DNA of 63,240 bases, counting the filler, from Octopus bimaculoides (Eukaryota), in NCBI RefSeq assembly GCF_001194135.2. It is 5 parts of 5 records of this genome, joined end to end, with 100 filler letters (N's around TTAATTAATTAA, not from the genome) between each part and the next. Parts side by side here need not be neighbours in the genome. Positions count along the whole stretch, not along the records: positions 42,368 to 54,261 come from NC_068990.1; positions 54,362 to 60,648 come from NC_068985.1; positions 60,749 to 63,240 come from NW_026378266.1; 2 more parts are not named here. One strand, 5' to 3'. A model generated the notes under the pieces. It worked only from the letters and a program-made list of their open reading frames with translations, ran no database searches and had not been told where the DNA came from. Shown here piece after piece: positions 53,182 through 63,240 of this stretch; position 1 is the first letter of the stretch; every line of letters begins with the position of its first letter. Made by a program: the position numbers and the translations under genes.

Positions 53182-53299
53182 TATTCAAATGAGTTTTCCC
53201 TCACACCATTTTTAATATGCTTTTCCTTATGTATGTGTGTATATATACACATATACATATATGTGTGTTAAATTCAAACTACGTTGAAAGTCAACAAAG

Positions 53300-53726
53300 A
53301 TAGCATGAATAGGATAAAGTATCCATATTTTGCAGAAAAATCTGTCGGCGGTCAGGCGTCAGGTTCGAACTGACATCTCTGTGATTACGCGTCAAGCGCT
53401 TTACCATTAAGCTAAACTGCCAGACCGACAAATTATTCTGCAAATTTAGGATATATAAACCTAGATTTATAAGACGCTATCGTACGTTAAATTCAACTTC
53501 TGTTGAATGTCAAACAAAGCTTGCTTTCGAAGCATTGAGATGTATTGAAAGATACGTCTTAGAAAGCTAGATTTATCCTAAGTTTGCAGAAGAATTTCTT
53601 GGTCGGGTAGTTAGCTTAATGGTAAAGCATTTGATGCGTAATCCCAAGAATGTAAGCTCGAGTCTCGTGGCTTGACGCCGACACGTAATTCTACAATATA
53701 TGGTTAGTTTATCCTGTTTATGCTAT
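53300..53726. repeat. Imperfect inverted repeat (~175-bp arms), each arm holding a tRNA-like head facing outward
   Basis: The reverse complement of 53300-53476 aligns with 53555-53726. tRNA-like parts are 53350-53426 (-) and 53601-53676 (+), with D arm GCTT-AATGGTA-AAGC and, in the left copy, T arm GTCAG-TTCGAAC-CTGAC. Confidence 0.85.
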
Positions 53727-53784
53727 AGTATTAGCATTATCCTGCGTTTGTGAATAAAACTGTTTTCTTATTTGTATCTTTTTT

Positions 53785-54049
53785 CTGTTTTTCTTTTTAG
53801 TCATTTTGCTGCAGCCATGCTGAGGCACTGCCTGTTAGTCGATCAAATCGACCCCGGGACTCATTCTTTGTAAGCATAGTACTTATCAGACTCATTTGCT
53901 GGATCGCTATATTACCGATACGAAAACACACCAGCATCGGTTGTCACAACGCCGATGGGGAGACAAACACAATCAAGCACACAAATACACACACATACAC
54001 GCACACATAATACATACATACATATATATACATATATATATTTATATAC

Positions 54050-54100
<51 letters not shown>

Positions 54101-54261
54101 CACATGACATACGACGGGCTTCTTTCAGTTTCCGTCTAGCACATCCATTGACAATGACTTGGCCAGCCCGAGGCTATAGTAGAATACACTTGCCCAAGGT
54201 GCCTTGCCGTGTGACTGAACCCGGTAGCATGTGCTTGGGAAGCAAGCTTCTTATCACACAC
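53785..54261 (-). mobile_element. SINE family A with internal (ATAG)n
   Basis: Same family motifs; the head runs into a gap. Confidence 0.88.
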
Positions 54262-54371
54262 NNNNNNNNNNNNNNNNNNNNNNNNNNNNNNNNNNNNNNN
54301 NNNNNTTAATTAATTAANNNNNNNNNNNNNNNNNNNNNNNNNNNNNNNNNNNNNNNNNNNNAAAAAAAAAA

Positions 54372-54905
54372 ATGCTATTTCGAACTTCATGCAATAAAAT
54401 TCTTAAGTAATACAGTTCTCCTGCCTTTCGTGGGACAACGTAAACGTGATCAAGCGTTTCTTTGAAAACGTTCAAACGGCCTTCAACTTTTTTCTTCGCT
54501 TTCTTCTTTGCCATCCTTTGTTACTACTGTTCTAAATGAAATACATGGGTACTTCAGCATCAAATAATGTTTTTGCAATGTCATCATTGATGCACAAGGA
54601 AAAAGAATTCTGTCAATGTTCTTCTCATATGTCGTTCATTGACAGCCATATACATCCTTATTACATCTGAGCAATATTCTTTGTTCATCTGGTAGATGAA
54701 CTTGCAGCTTCACTATTGCAGATGCTCTTTCATGAATTGAAAATCCTAAAATGGATGCAACTGCTTCGGATGGCCCAATGTACCTACCCTTAGATATTGA
54801 CTAATTTCGTTATCATTGTTTATTTGAGCAGCAGCTTTGAAATGGCATTTTGAATGCTCTTAAGAGAGTTTCATTATAAGGTACAACCCATTTATTGTTT
54901 TCCTC
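54372..54905 (-). mobile_element. Helitron Rep/helicase ORF fragment, degraded
   Basis: Reads NKWVVPYN, YIGPSEAVASILGFSIHER..VKLQVHLPDEQ and HVYVVPRKAGELYYLRILLHEV. Confidence 0.85.
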
Positions 54906-55061
54906 CATTCTTATGAGATTCAACGCCTCCCATTACAACAGATCTTCGCCTATAAAGAGATAGTCTCTGTCTGCTTTTCTGCCTTTTGATTAAGATAAAA
55001 ATTACTATTTTATTTTAAATAAAATAGTAATTTTCCCCTTTAAGAAATAAAAATCAAGTAC

Positions 55062-55513
55062 CCGTGACGTAAACACACCACCATCGGTTGTCAAGCGATG
55101 GTGGGGGACAAACACACATACATATATACGACGGGCTTATTTCAGTTTCCGTCTACCAAATCCACTCACAAGGCTTTGGTCGGCCCGAGGCTATAGTAGA
55201 AGACACTTGCCCAAGGTGCCACGCAGTGGGACTGAACCCGGAACCATGTGGTTGGTAAGCAAGCTACTTACCACACAGCCACGCCTANNNNNNNNNNAAC
55301 ACACCACCATCGGTTGTCAAGCGATGGTGGGGGACAAACACACATACATATATACGACGGGCTTATTTCAGTTTCCGTCTACCAAATCCACTCACAAGGC
55401 TTTGGTCGGCCCGAGGCTATAGTAGAAGACACTTGCCCAAGGTGCCACGCAGTGGGACTGAACCCGGAACCATGTGGTTGGTAAGCAAGCTACTTACCAC
55501 ACAGCCACGCCTA
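55062..55513 (-). mobile_element. SINE family A 5' half, appearing twice around a 10-N gap
   Basis: 55072-55287 and 55298-55513 are identical, which is likely an unmerged assembly overlap. Confidence 0.85.
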
Positions 55514-55829
55514 CACTAGCTGAGGAACTCGTTGCCGAGTAATTTTCACAATACGGACTTTTGGAAGAGCACACTCACCTAAACACAAACACACGCGCGC
55601 GCGCACACACACAGAGACACATACACATCTTTTATTTTCCAGTTGTTTCGGTAATTAGACTGCAGCCGTGTTGGGGTAACACACACATATTCTATCCATG
55701 ACTATCTTGTTTTTTTTCTAGGCATTGTGTACCAAGAATATTCAGTATATCCTTTTTGTGGACGGCATGCTGCGAATTGAAGTTTTGTCATCGGTGGAAA
55801 GGAGGAGGATAAGGAAAAAGTTTTGCTCG

Positions 55830-55855
55830 TGACGTCATATGTTTTGATCACGTGA
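55830..55855. promoter_or_regulatory. Full CRE (TGACGTCA) plus E-box (TCACGTGA) just upstream of the eIF4E3-like ATG
   Basis: TGACGTCA at 55830-55837 and TCACGTGA at 55848-55855, 28-53 nt before ATG 55883, in a CpG-containing region. Confidence 0.55.
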
Positions 55856-55882
55856 ACCAGAGCAATAGTAGTTGCGTTAGTT

Positions 55883-56115
55883 ATGGCGGCTGCCTTAAGT
55901 TCGACTGATGAGGATGCTGAACTGAGTGCCCAGGACGGGAACAACGATAACGACAGCAACAACAACAACAATAATAATAGCACTAATTGTCGACAACAGA
56001 GCCCTTATTCTTCTCCTTCACCGTCTGATGATGTCATTGAAAAATCAGCGGAACAAAGTAATAACATAGTAGAGTTTTTACCACTTTCCACGGCCTGGAC
56101 TTTTTGGATCGATAA
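55883..56115 (+). CDS. EIF4E3: First coding exon of a class III eukaryotic translation initiation factor 4E (eIF4E3-like)
   Basis: MAAALSS...NNNNNNN...FLPLSTAWTFWID(K) resembles the eIF4E3 VPLHSSWTFWLDR motif. It ends at a canonical AA|GTAAGT phase-2 donor. Downstream exons are not seen in the window. Confidence 0.85.
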
Positions 56116-56348
56116 GTAAGTCAGTAAAACTTTATTTTAGTTTATAAATACTTCTTTTCTTCCTCCAATTTCTCTATTCAACTTGAGTTTGCGGACGAAC
56201 TTTAACAAACATTAAAAAAAAAACCCCTCTATTTTCGTATTGTTGTTTTTGTGGTGGTGGTTTGAGTGACTATCTTCCTTCTACTTTCTTACTTTCTTTT
56301 TGGCAATTTATCCTGATTGCCTGTTTCGTCTTCCAAAGCTTTAAAAAG

Positions 56349-56640
56349 TACGAAGGAGTTTTATTTACGTAATAAAAGTGAAAAGTATCTTTTTCGTAGC
56401 TACAACTAAACTAGCATACTTTTATAATCAAGTTTTACTTTTAAAACTTCAACCAAGCTCCATAGAGATTTATTTAGACCTGGATGAATTGTTTTCAAAC
56501 TACGATAGAAGCCATCGATGAAAACTAATCTCTTCGCCATACCTTTATTTGTTACCGACTTCACTTGCAGCTTGCTATGGGAAATAAGAGTATTTTACCT
56601 GCTCCGTTGAAATAAAAATTTTAAGAATATGTAGTGTTTG
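56349..56640. mobile_element. Probable non-autonomous mariner-derived fragment
   Basis: TACGAAGGAG end resembling a TACGAGGG TIR, plus internal sequence recalled as typical of such elements. Weak evidence. Confidence 0.3.
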
Positions 56641-57680
56641 TTTAGATTTTGTGTCAAAATTAGCTCGGTTTGTTTATAAATGTATATATGCATTCTGTCG
56701 AACTCACTGAAGTTATTTTGGGGTGGTGACTAAGTTAATAAGCCGGCTAATAGCATTAAGCAAAGGATATAATATTATTCTGAGATTGATTGGGACCACT
56801 TTTGATAATATCATCTGTGATTATAACAAGTAGATTCTACACACACACACATATATAAGGCTTCCCTAACTAAGCCTCACACCGAATAGATGTATGAAAT
56901 AATTCTACATGTATTTAGTATTTTGTTCTCTTGTTTGTAAATTCCAATGTGTATACACAACACACACATACATGCATATGTAACCGATTGTTAACGCTTC
57001 GTAATTATAAACGGCTTCTACTATATGTGTGTGTGTGTATAGATGGGAACTGAGACTATAGCGTACCATGTTTCATTTTCTGTGGAATCTTTCCTTAGTA
57101 ATATCTTTATTAGTTTTCTTTCAGTTGGTATTTTCCACTCCCCTGAGTTGCTGGATCCATTTCGTAAACAGTAGTACTTCTACATTTTCCAGGAATAATT
57201 CAAAATAAATACATGTATATATATTGTGATGTGTATCACTATGTATGTGTGCGTGCCCATCAATTTTTTCACATTAAATTCCGATATAATCGTAATTTAT
57301 GCACTCTAGAAGGTATTTGTAGAAATTTCATCAACAATTAATCATTTTCCTGAAGGTTATGAGGAAACAAAGCCGACCCGTGTGAATTTTTCCGAAACTC
57401 TGGAAAAAAGGTTTTCATCACAAATTTCCTATATAATCGAAGTTTACACCATCTGAAGCATATTTAAAAACACATTCATTAAAAAATACTAATTTTTCTA
57501 TAGTTATGAGGAAACAGTTATGAAGGGGTGGGTGGTTTAGACTTGCATAGGTATGTAACAGTAGTAAAATATATCAATGCTTATATTTACATAGAGCAAA
57601 TATTTATTATTCGGCATAGAAATCAGTACACTGTGTGTGTGTGTGTATATAATGAATAGATATATATTAAACTTGACACG

Positions 57681-57751
57681 ACATCGGTGGTTCAGTCATT
57701 GTAGAATCTTCTCTCACGTGAGAGGTCCAGGTTCGATTCCTGGCAAATGCA
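57681..57751 (+). pseudogene. tRNA-Gly-derived pseudogene in intron 1 of the eIF4E3-like gene
   Basis: ACATCGGTGGTTCAGT..TAGAAT...GAGGTCCAGGTTCGATTCCTGGCAAATGCA resembles tRNA-Gly (GCATTGGTGGTTCAGTGGTAGAAT...GGCCCGGGTTCGATTCCCGGCCAATGCA). The T arm is intact; the acceptor stem and anticodon arm are damaged. Confidence 0.7.
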
Positions 57752-58137
57752 CATTGTTATCGTTTGTAGATCGGTTCTAATTACTTTGCTGTAATAGAAT
57801 TCTTGTCTTTATAAAAATCAAAACCTTGCCATCAAAATTATAAAATAGTGGTGTAGCCCAAATTAGAAAATAAATAAATAAAAGGTAGTGACATGTAAAC
57901 CTCAAAAGTAGGTTTAATTCGTTACCTGTTGCTCAAACTACTTACCTTGTTTTCCCTCGATCTTCAGCCGTCAGTTTGTCTAGAACCTCCTAGTTGTGAG
58001 ATACCTTTGTCGGCCACTACTTGTTTATTTTAAGTTACACATTAAACTGTTGGCAAAGGCCAGTAGTTCTTAGTCTTATGACAGTGTTGTCTTCATTTCC
58101 TCAAAATTCTTTTTCTTTGGACATTATCATTAATTAA

Positions 58138-58250
58138 GGTAGTGTGGTGGATTAGCAGAATCGTTAGAGCGTCGGAAAATCTCTTACAGTAGTTCTTCTG
58201 TCTCTTTACACTCATAGTTCAGATACCGTCAAAGTCGACTTGGTTTTTCG
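58138..58250 (+). mobile_element. SINE family C head, diverged
   Basis: GGTGGATTAGCAGAATCGTTAGAGCGTCGG...GTTCAGATACCGTCAAAGTCGACTT. Confidence 0.65.
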
Positions 58251-58350
58251 GCGGAATTTTGCTTTAAGCACGCCACATAATCCCTCATAACTTCAAAAAA
58301 AAAATGTTGAGTTTTCAGAAAACTTTTGCAAATTTGTGTTCTACACACGG

Positions 58351-58456
58351 GAATTAGGCAGAGGTAAAGAATACGCACACCACCCGTTTTCGGCGTAACA
58401 AAAACCCTAACCCTAAACACCGGGTGTGCGAATTCTTCACCTTCGCCTGGGAATTC
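58351..58456. repeat. ~105-bp imperfect hairpin with a CCCTAACCCTAA core
   Basis: Arms AGGCAGAGGTAAAGAATACGCACACC / GGTGTGCGAATTCTTCACCTTCGCCT. Confidence 0.65.
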
Positions 58457-59509
58457 ATACGATTATGCACAAAAAAAAAAAAAAAAAAAAAATCAACAAA
58501 TTTTTGGTGCGTGATTTAAGGGCTATTTAGCTGTTACTTTTAGCACATCTCACGACCTCCTCAGATCCTCATTTGTTCGTCACTCTGACGTATTGATATT
58601 TTCAGTATCTTTCTTTCTCTAAATATATTTAATGGTCTATTGCTGGGATTTAAGCCCAAAATTCGAACTGTCTGTATTCTATTAAATTGACTAATAAAAA
58701 AAAAAAAAAAAAAAAAANNNNNNNNNNNNNNNNNNNNNNNNNNNNNNNNNNNNNNNNNNNNNNNNNNNNNNNNNNNNNNNNNNNNNNNNNNNNNNNNNNN
58801 NNNNNNNNNNNNNNNNNNNNNNNNNNNNNNNNNNNNNNNNNNNNNNNNNNNNNNNNNNNNNNNNNNNNNNNNNNNNNNNNNNNNNNNNNNNNNNNNNNNN
58901 NNNNNNNNNNNNNNNNNNNNNNNNNNNNNNNNNNNNNNNNNNNNNNNNNNNNNNNNNNNNNNNNNNNNNNNNNNNNNNNNNNNNNNNNNNNNNNNNNNNN
59001 NNNNNNNNNNNNNNNNNNNNNNNNNNNNNNNNNNNNNNNNNNNNNNNNNNNNNNNNNNNNNNNNNNNNNNNNNNNNNNNNNNNNNNNNNNNNNNNNNNNN
59101 NNNNNNNNNNNNNNNNNNNNNNNNNNNNNNNNNNNNNNNNNNNNNNNNNNNNNNNNNNNNNNNNNNNNNNNNNNNNNNNNNNNNNNNNNNNNNNNNNNNN
59201 NNNNNNNNNNNNNNNNNNNNNNNNNNNNNNNNNNNNNNNNNNNNNNNNNNNNNNNNNNNNNNNNNNNNNNNNNNNNNNNNNNNNNNNNNNNNNNNNNNNN
59301 NNNNNNNNNNNNNNNNNNNNNNNNNNNNNNNNNNNNNNNNNNNNNNNNNNNNNNNNNNNNNNNNNNNNNNNNNNNNNNNNNNNNNNNNNNNNNNNNNNNN
59401 NNNNNNNNNNNNNNNNNNNNNNNNNNNNNNNNNNNNNNNNNNNNNNNNNNNNNNNNNNNNNCGTTTGGATCGTTCCGCTTCAGTATGTGTTAGTATTGTA
59501 GATGAAGTT

Positions 59510-59829
59510 GGAGGCGCAATGGCCCAGTGGTTAGGGCAGCGGACTCGCGGTCATAGGATCGCGGTTTCGATTCCCAGACCGGGCGTTGTGAGTGTTTATT
59601 GAGCGAAAACACCTAAAGCTGTACTCTTTCTCTCACTCTTTCTTCCTGTTTCTATTGTGCCTGTAATTCAAAGGGTCAGCCTTGTCACGCTGAATATCCC
59701 CGAGAACTACGTTAAGGGTACACGTGTCTGTGGAGTGCTCAGCCACTTGCACGTTAATTTCACGAGCAGGCTGTTCCGTTGATCGGATCAACTGGAACCC
59801 TCAACGTCGTAAGCGACGGAGTGCCAACA
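59510..59829 (+). mobile_element. SINE family B with internal deletions and TSD
   Basis: 12-bp TSD GTAGATGAAGTT at 59498-59509 and 59830-59841. Confidence 0.92.
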
Positions 59830-60419
59830 GTAGATGAAGTTAAAAGGAAAGTTTAAACGTCCGAAAGTGAAAACAGTACCGCTATACTTCAAATTCACAT
59901 TGTGATTAGTATTTTCTTTAGCATGTTTCCATGTAACACTTCTTTATTCGTTTATAGCTTTTGCTTTGTATCTTTTTTCTCTGTTGTCTTTGTGGCAGGT
60001 TAAAGAAATCACGATTCTCATCATTATATTTTAATTGTGTAGGCAATGTCCTTTGTAAATGGCTTCGTCTGCTCAATTTGCCATTTCCTTTGTTTTAATA
60101 GTCTTAGGTTAATCTGTATTAGACTAGAGGCATGTTAAATGTCAATTGAAAAAGAATTAGTATCGTCACATTGTGCCATTTTCTTTATCCTAGAATTCAG
60201 AGGCACCGTTGTCATGGTTGTATAAGAAAGTTGGTTATACATCATTAGATGTATACCTGACTTTCCTATATAAAATTAGAAATATAACGGAACGCTGTAC
60301 TCCAGACTATCAACTTAAACAACATTTATTCAGGTGGTAAATATATACATCTTTAGCTCTTGTTTGTTGTTACAGCTTCTGTGTGTGTGAGCATAGTTGT
60401 TGGGACGTTGTTATGTAGA

Positions 60420-60648
60420 TGTAAGCGAGCTGTCGGGCGTAAGTCCGAAAGATGGAGAGTGACAGCTAAACACGTCCATGCTCTATTGCTGGCCAGCAAG
60501 AGACTGTCTCCAGAGTTGGAATGTTGGAGACACGTCCATGCTCATGACCGGCCGACCGAGAAAAAGATAGAATAGAAGCGGGAACGCTTGGTTGTTTAAT
60601 TCCACGCATGCGTGAGACTACGCATGCGCACGGCGTTACTACAGTTGA
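60420..60648. promoter_or_regulatory. CpG-rich island with two NRF1-like GCATGC palindromes
   Basis: CACGCATGCGTG at 60603-60614 and ACGCATGCGCA at 60620-60630. Direct repeat ACACGTCCATGCTC at 60470 and 60530. Confidence 0.4.
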
Positions 60649-62503
60649 NNNNNNNNNNNNNNNNNNNNNNNNNNNNNNNNNNNNNNNNNNNNTTAATTAA
60701 TTAANNNNNNNNNNNNNNNNNNNNNNNNNNNNNNNNNNNNNNNNNNNNGTGTGTGTGTGAATAGAAAATGGAGCACCATTAAATCGTTTGCAAAACGACG
60801 ATAGAGAATGAGAAAGCAATGTAAAAACATAGACATCATGAACAAACAAATAAACAGAAAAAGAAGAAAAAAACACAAAACAAGAGAAAACAATTCAGAA
60901 ACACAACAATAATGAAGAAACATTTCTGCGTATTTCTTCATTTTTCTTCTTCCCGTCAGAAAAATATCAAAGGCAGAGACGAAAGAGAGACAAAAAAAAT
61001 GTTGGACGAAACAAATTATAGGTAGAAACGATGTTGGTGAAGTTAGCGACATTCGTAAGTTTGTAGGATATTAGAACGAAATGCAAAGTGTAACTAACGC
61101 AACAAGAAAGTAAAAATGAAAAATACGAATGAAATAAATATATGGAAAAAAAATAATGAATGAATACATAAATAAACAAATAAATAAATAAATAAATAAA
61201 TAAATAAAATAGAATAGGAGAATGAGAGAATGGGCAGCTGGATTTGTAGTGGAAATAATTGAAAACATTGGTTTAAATTTCGTAACAGAACGGTGGAATA
61301 TAGACAAAATGAGGAGGGAAGAAAGGAACACGAATTTGAAATGAATACATACGTACGTACATACATACATACATACATACATACATACATACATACATAC
61401 ATACATACATACATACATANNNNNNNNNNNNNNNNNNNNNNNNNNNNNNNNNNNNNNNNNNNNNNNNNNNNNNNNNNNNNNNNNNNNNNNNNNNNNNNNN
61501 NNNNNNNNNNNNNNNNNNNNNNNNNNNNNNNNNNNNNNNNNNNNNNNNNNNNNNNNNNNNNNNNNNNNNNNNNNNNNNNNNNNNNNNNNNNNNNNNNNNN
61601 NNNNNNNNNNNNNNNNNNNNNNNNNNNNNNNNNNNNNNNNNNNNNNNNNNNNNNNNNNNNNNNNNNNNNNNNNNNNNNNNNNNNNNNNNNNNNNNNNNNN
61701 NNNNNNNNNNNNNNNNNNNNNNNNNNNNNNNNNNNNNNNNNNNNNNNNNNNNNNNNNNNNNNNNNNNNNNNNNNNNNNNNNNNNNNNNNNNNNNNNNNNN
61801 NNNNNNNNNNNNNNNNNNNNNNNNNNNNNNNNNNNNNNNNNNNNNNNNNNNNNNNNNNNNNNNNNNNNNNNNNNNNNNNNNNNNNNNNNNNNNNNNNNNN
61901 NNNNNNNNNNNNNNNNNNNNNNNNNNNNNNNNNNNNNNNNNNNNNNNNNNNNNNNNNNNNNNNNNNNNNNNNNNNNNNNNNNNNNNNNNNNNNNNNNNNN
62001 NNNNNNNNNNNNNNNNNNNNNNNNNNNNNNNNNNNNNNNNNNNNNNNNNNNNNNNNNNNNNNNNNNNNNNNNNNNNNNNNNNNNNNNNNNNNNNNNNNNN
62101 NNNNNNNNNNNNNNNNNNNNNNNNNNNNNNNNNNNNNNNNNNNNNNNCACACACACATACGGATACACTTAAGCACACTAGCACACACACACACACACAC
62201 AAATATTTAAAGAAAAAAGAAAGAGAGCATGGTTAACGTAGTTTCAATGAGCTCAATAATAGAGAAATCAATGCTTAATACGGAGAAACACGTAAATTGC
62301 ATCTGCATTAAAGACAACAAAATACAGCAGCAGCAACAGCAACAACTTTAACTGCGACGGCGGCACCTACAGCATCAATGACGGTTTATGCATAAAGGAG
62401 ACAACGACAACAACAACAATAATGATACTAACAATGATATCATTACTACGACTGAAACATATAAAAGAATATGAGTATATATATACATATATTCATATAG
62501 AAA

Positions 62504-62727
62504 TTCTTTCATTCTTTTATTCTTTTACTTGTTTCAGTCATTTTGATTGCGGCCATGCTGGAGCACCGCCTTTAGTCGAGCAAATCGACCCAAGGACTTA
62601 TTCTTTGTAAGCCTAGTACTTATTCTCTCGGTCTCTTTTGCTGAACCGCTAGTTACAGGAACGTAAGCATACTAACATTGGTTGCCAAGCGATGGTGAGG
62701 GAAAGATGCCCAGACATATACACACAT

Positions 62728-62810
<83 letters not shown>

Positions 62811-62948
62811 CGACGGGCTTCTTTCAGTTTCCGTCTACCAAATCCACTGAAAAGGCTTTGGTCAGCCCGAGGTTATAGTAGATGGGACTGAACTAGGAAC
62901 CATGTGGTTTGAAAGTAAGCTTATTACCACACACCCACTCCTGCGCCT
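62504..62948 (-). mobile_element. SINE family A, near full length
   Basis: Same layout as 1580-2022. Confidence 0.9.
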
Positions 62949-63240
62949 ACTTAAAAACTATGGAACGCTTCACGAATTGGTGTGTCATCCTTGCATGAGT
63001 ATATTATACTTTAAAAACATTGGTGTTGACTGTCACTTCGCAGTATCGGCCTGTTTATCCTTCAACGAAAATTCCAACAAACATTAACATACCGAAACTT
63101 CGAAGTCACTGTCAACACCACTCTTGTTAAGATATAAATTCGCACTTAACTAAAGGTGTTGAGTAGTCTCTCAGATCAACGCGAGGTTTTCAGTGTAGCA
63201 CGGCGTAATATCATAGATAGATAGATAGATAGATAGATAG

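Noticed and set aside
54998-55034. 37-bp perfect AT-rich palindrome
   Set aside because: Short and low in complexity; common in AT-rich genomes.
55072-55513. Perfect 216-bp tandem duplication
   Set aside because: The two copies are identical and separated by a 10-N gap, which is the pattern of unmerged contig ends.
59999-60100. Candidate eIF4E3 exon 2 after a strong acceptor
   Set aside because: The in-phase translation (LKKSRFSSLYFNCV...) does not resemble the expected eIF4E sequence and ends in a stop.

Overview
AT-rich, gap-ridden eukaryotic genomic DNA dominated by transposable elements and microsatellites. The SINE families and the assembly style suggest an octopus draft scaffold, probably Octopus bimaculoides; this is an inference. 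The only confidently recognised host coding sequence is the first coding exon of a class III eIF4E (eIF4E3-like) gene at 55883-56115 (+), with a CRE and an E-box just upstream. Its second exon is not visible. A candidate orphan exon lies on the minus strand at 27382-27602. Most of the rest is transposon debris: RTE, CR1/L2, R4/Dong-like and Penelope-like retroelement fragments; piggyBac, mariner, hAT and Helitron remnants; and at least four tRNA-derived SINE families, one of which forms a dense cluster at about 28.9-34.4 kb. The most notable unexplained structures are a 220-bp-arm near-perfect palindrome (4592-5060), a ~430-bp inverted repeat carrying two outward-facing tRNA-like heads (53300-53726), a minimal type I hammerhead-ribozyme motif (127-232, minus), and the orphan exon with a single in-frame TGA in a Cys-like context. 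Coordinates of degraded elements are approximate; all family assignments come from motif recognition by eye, with no database search.
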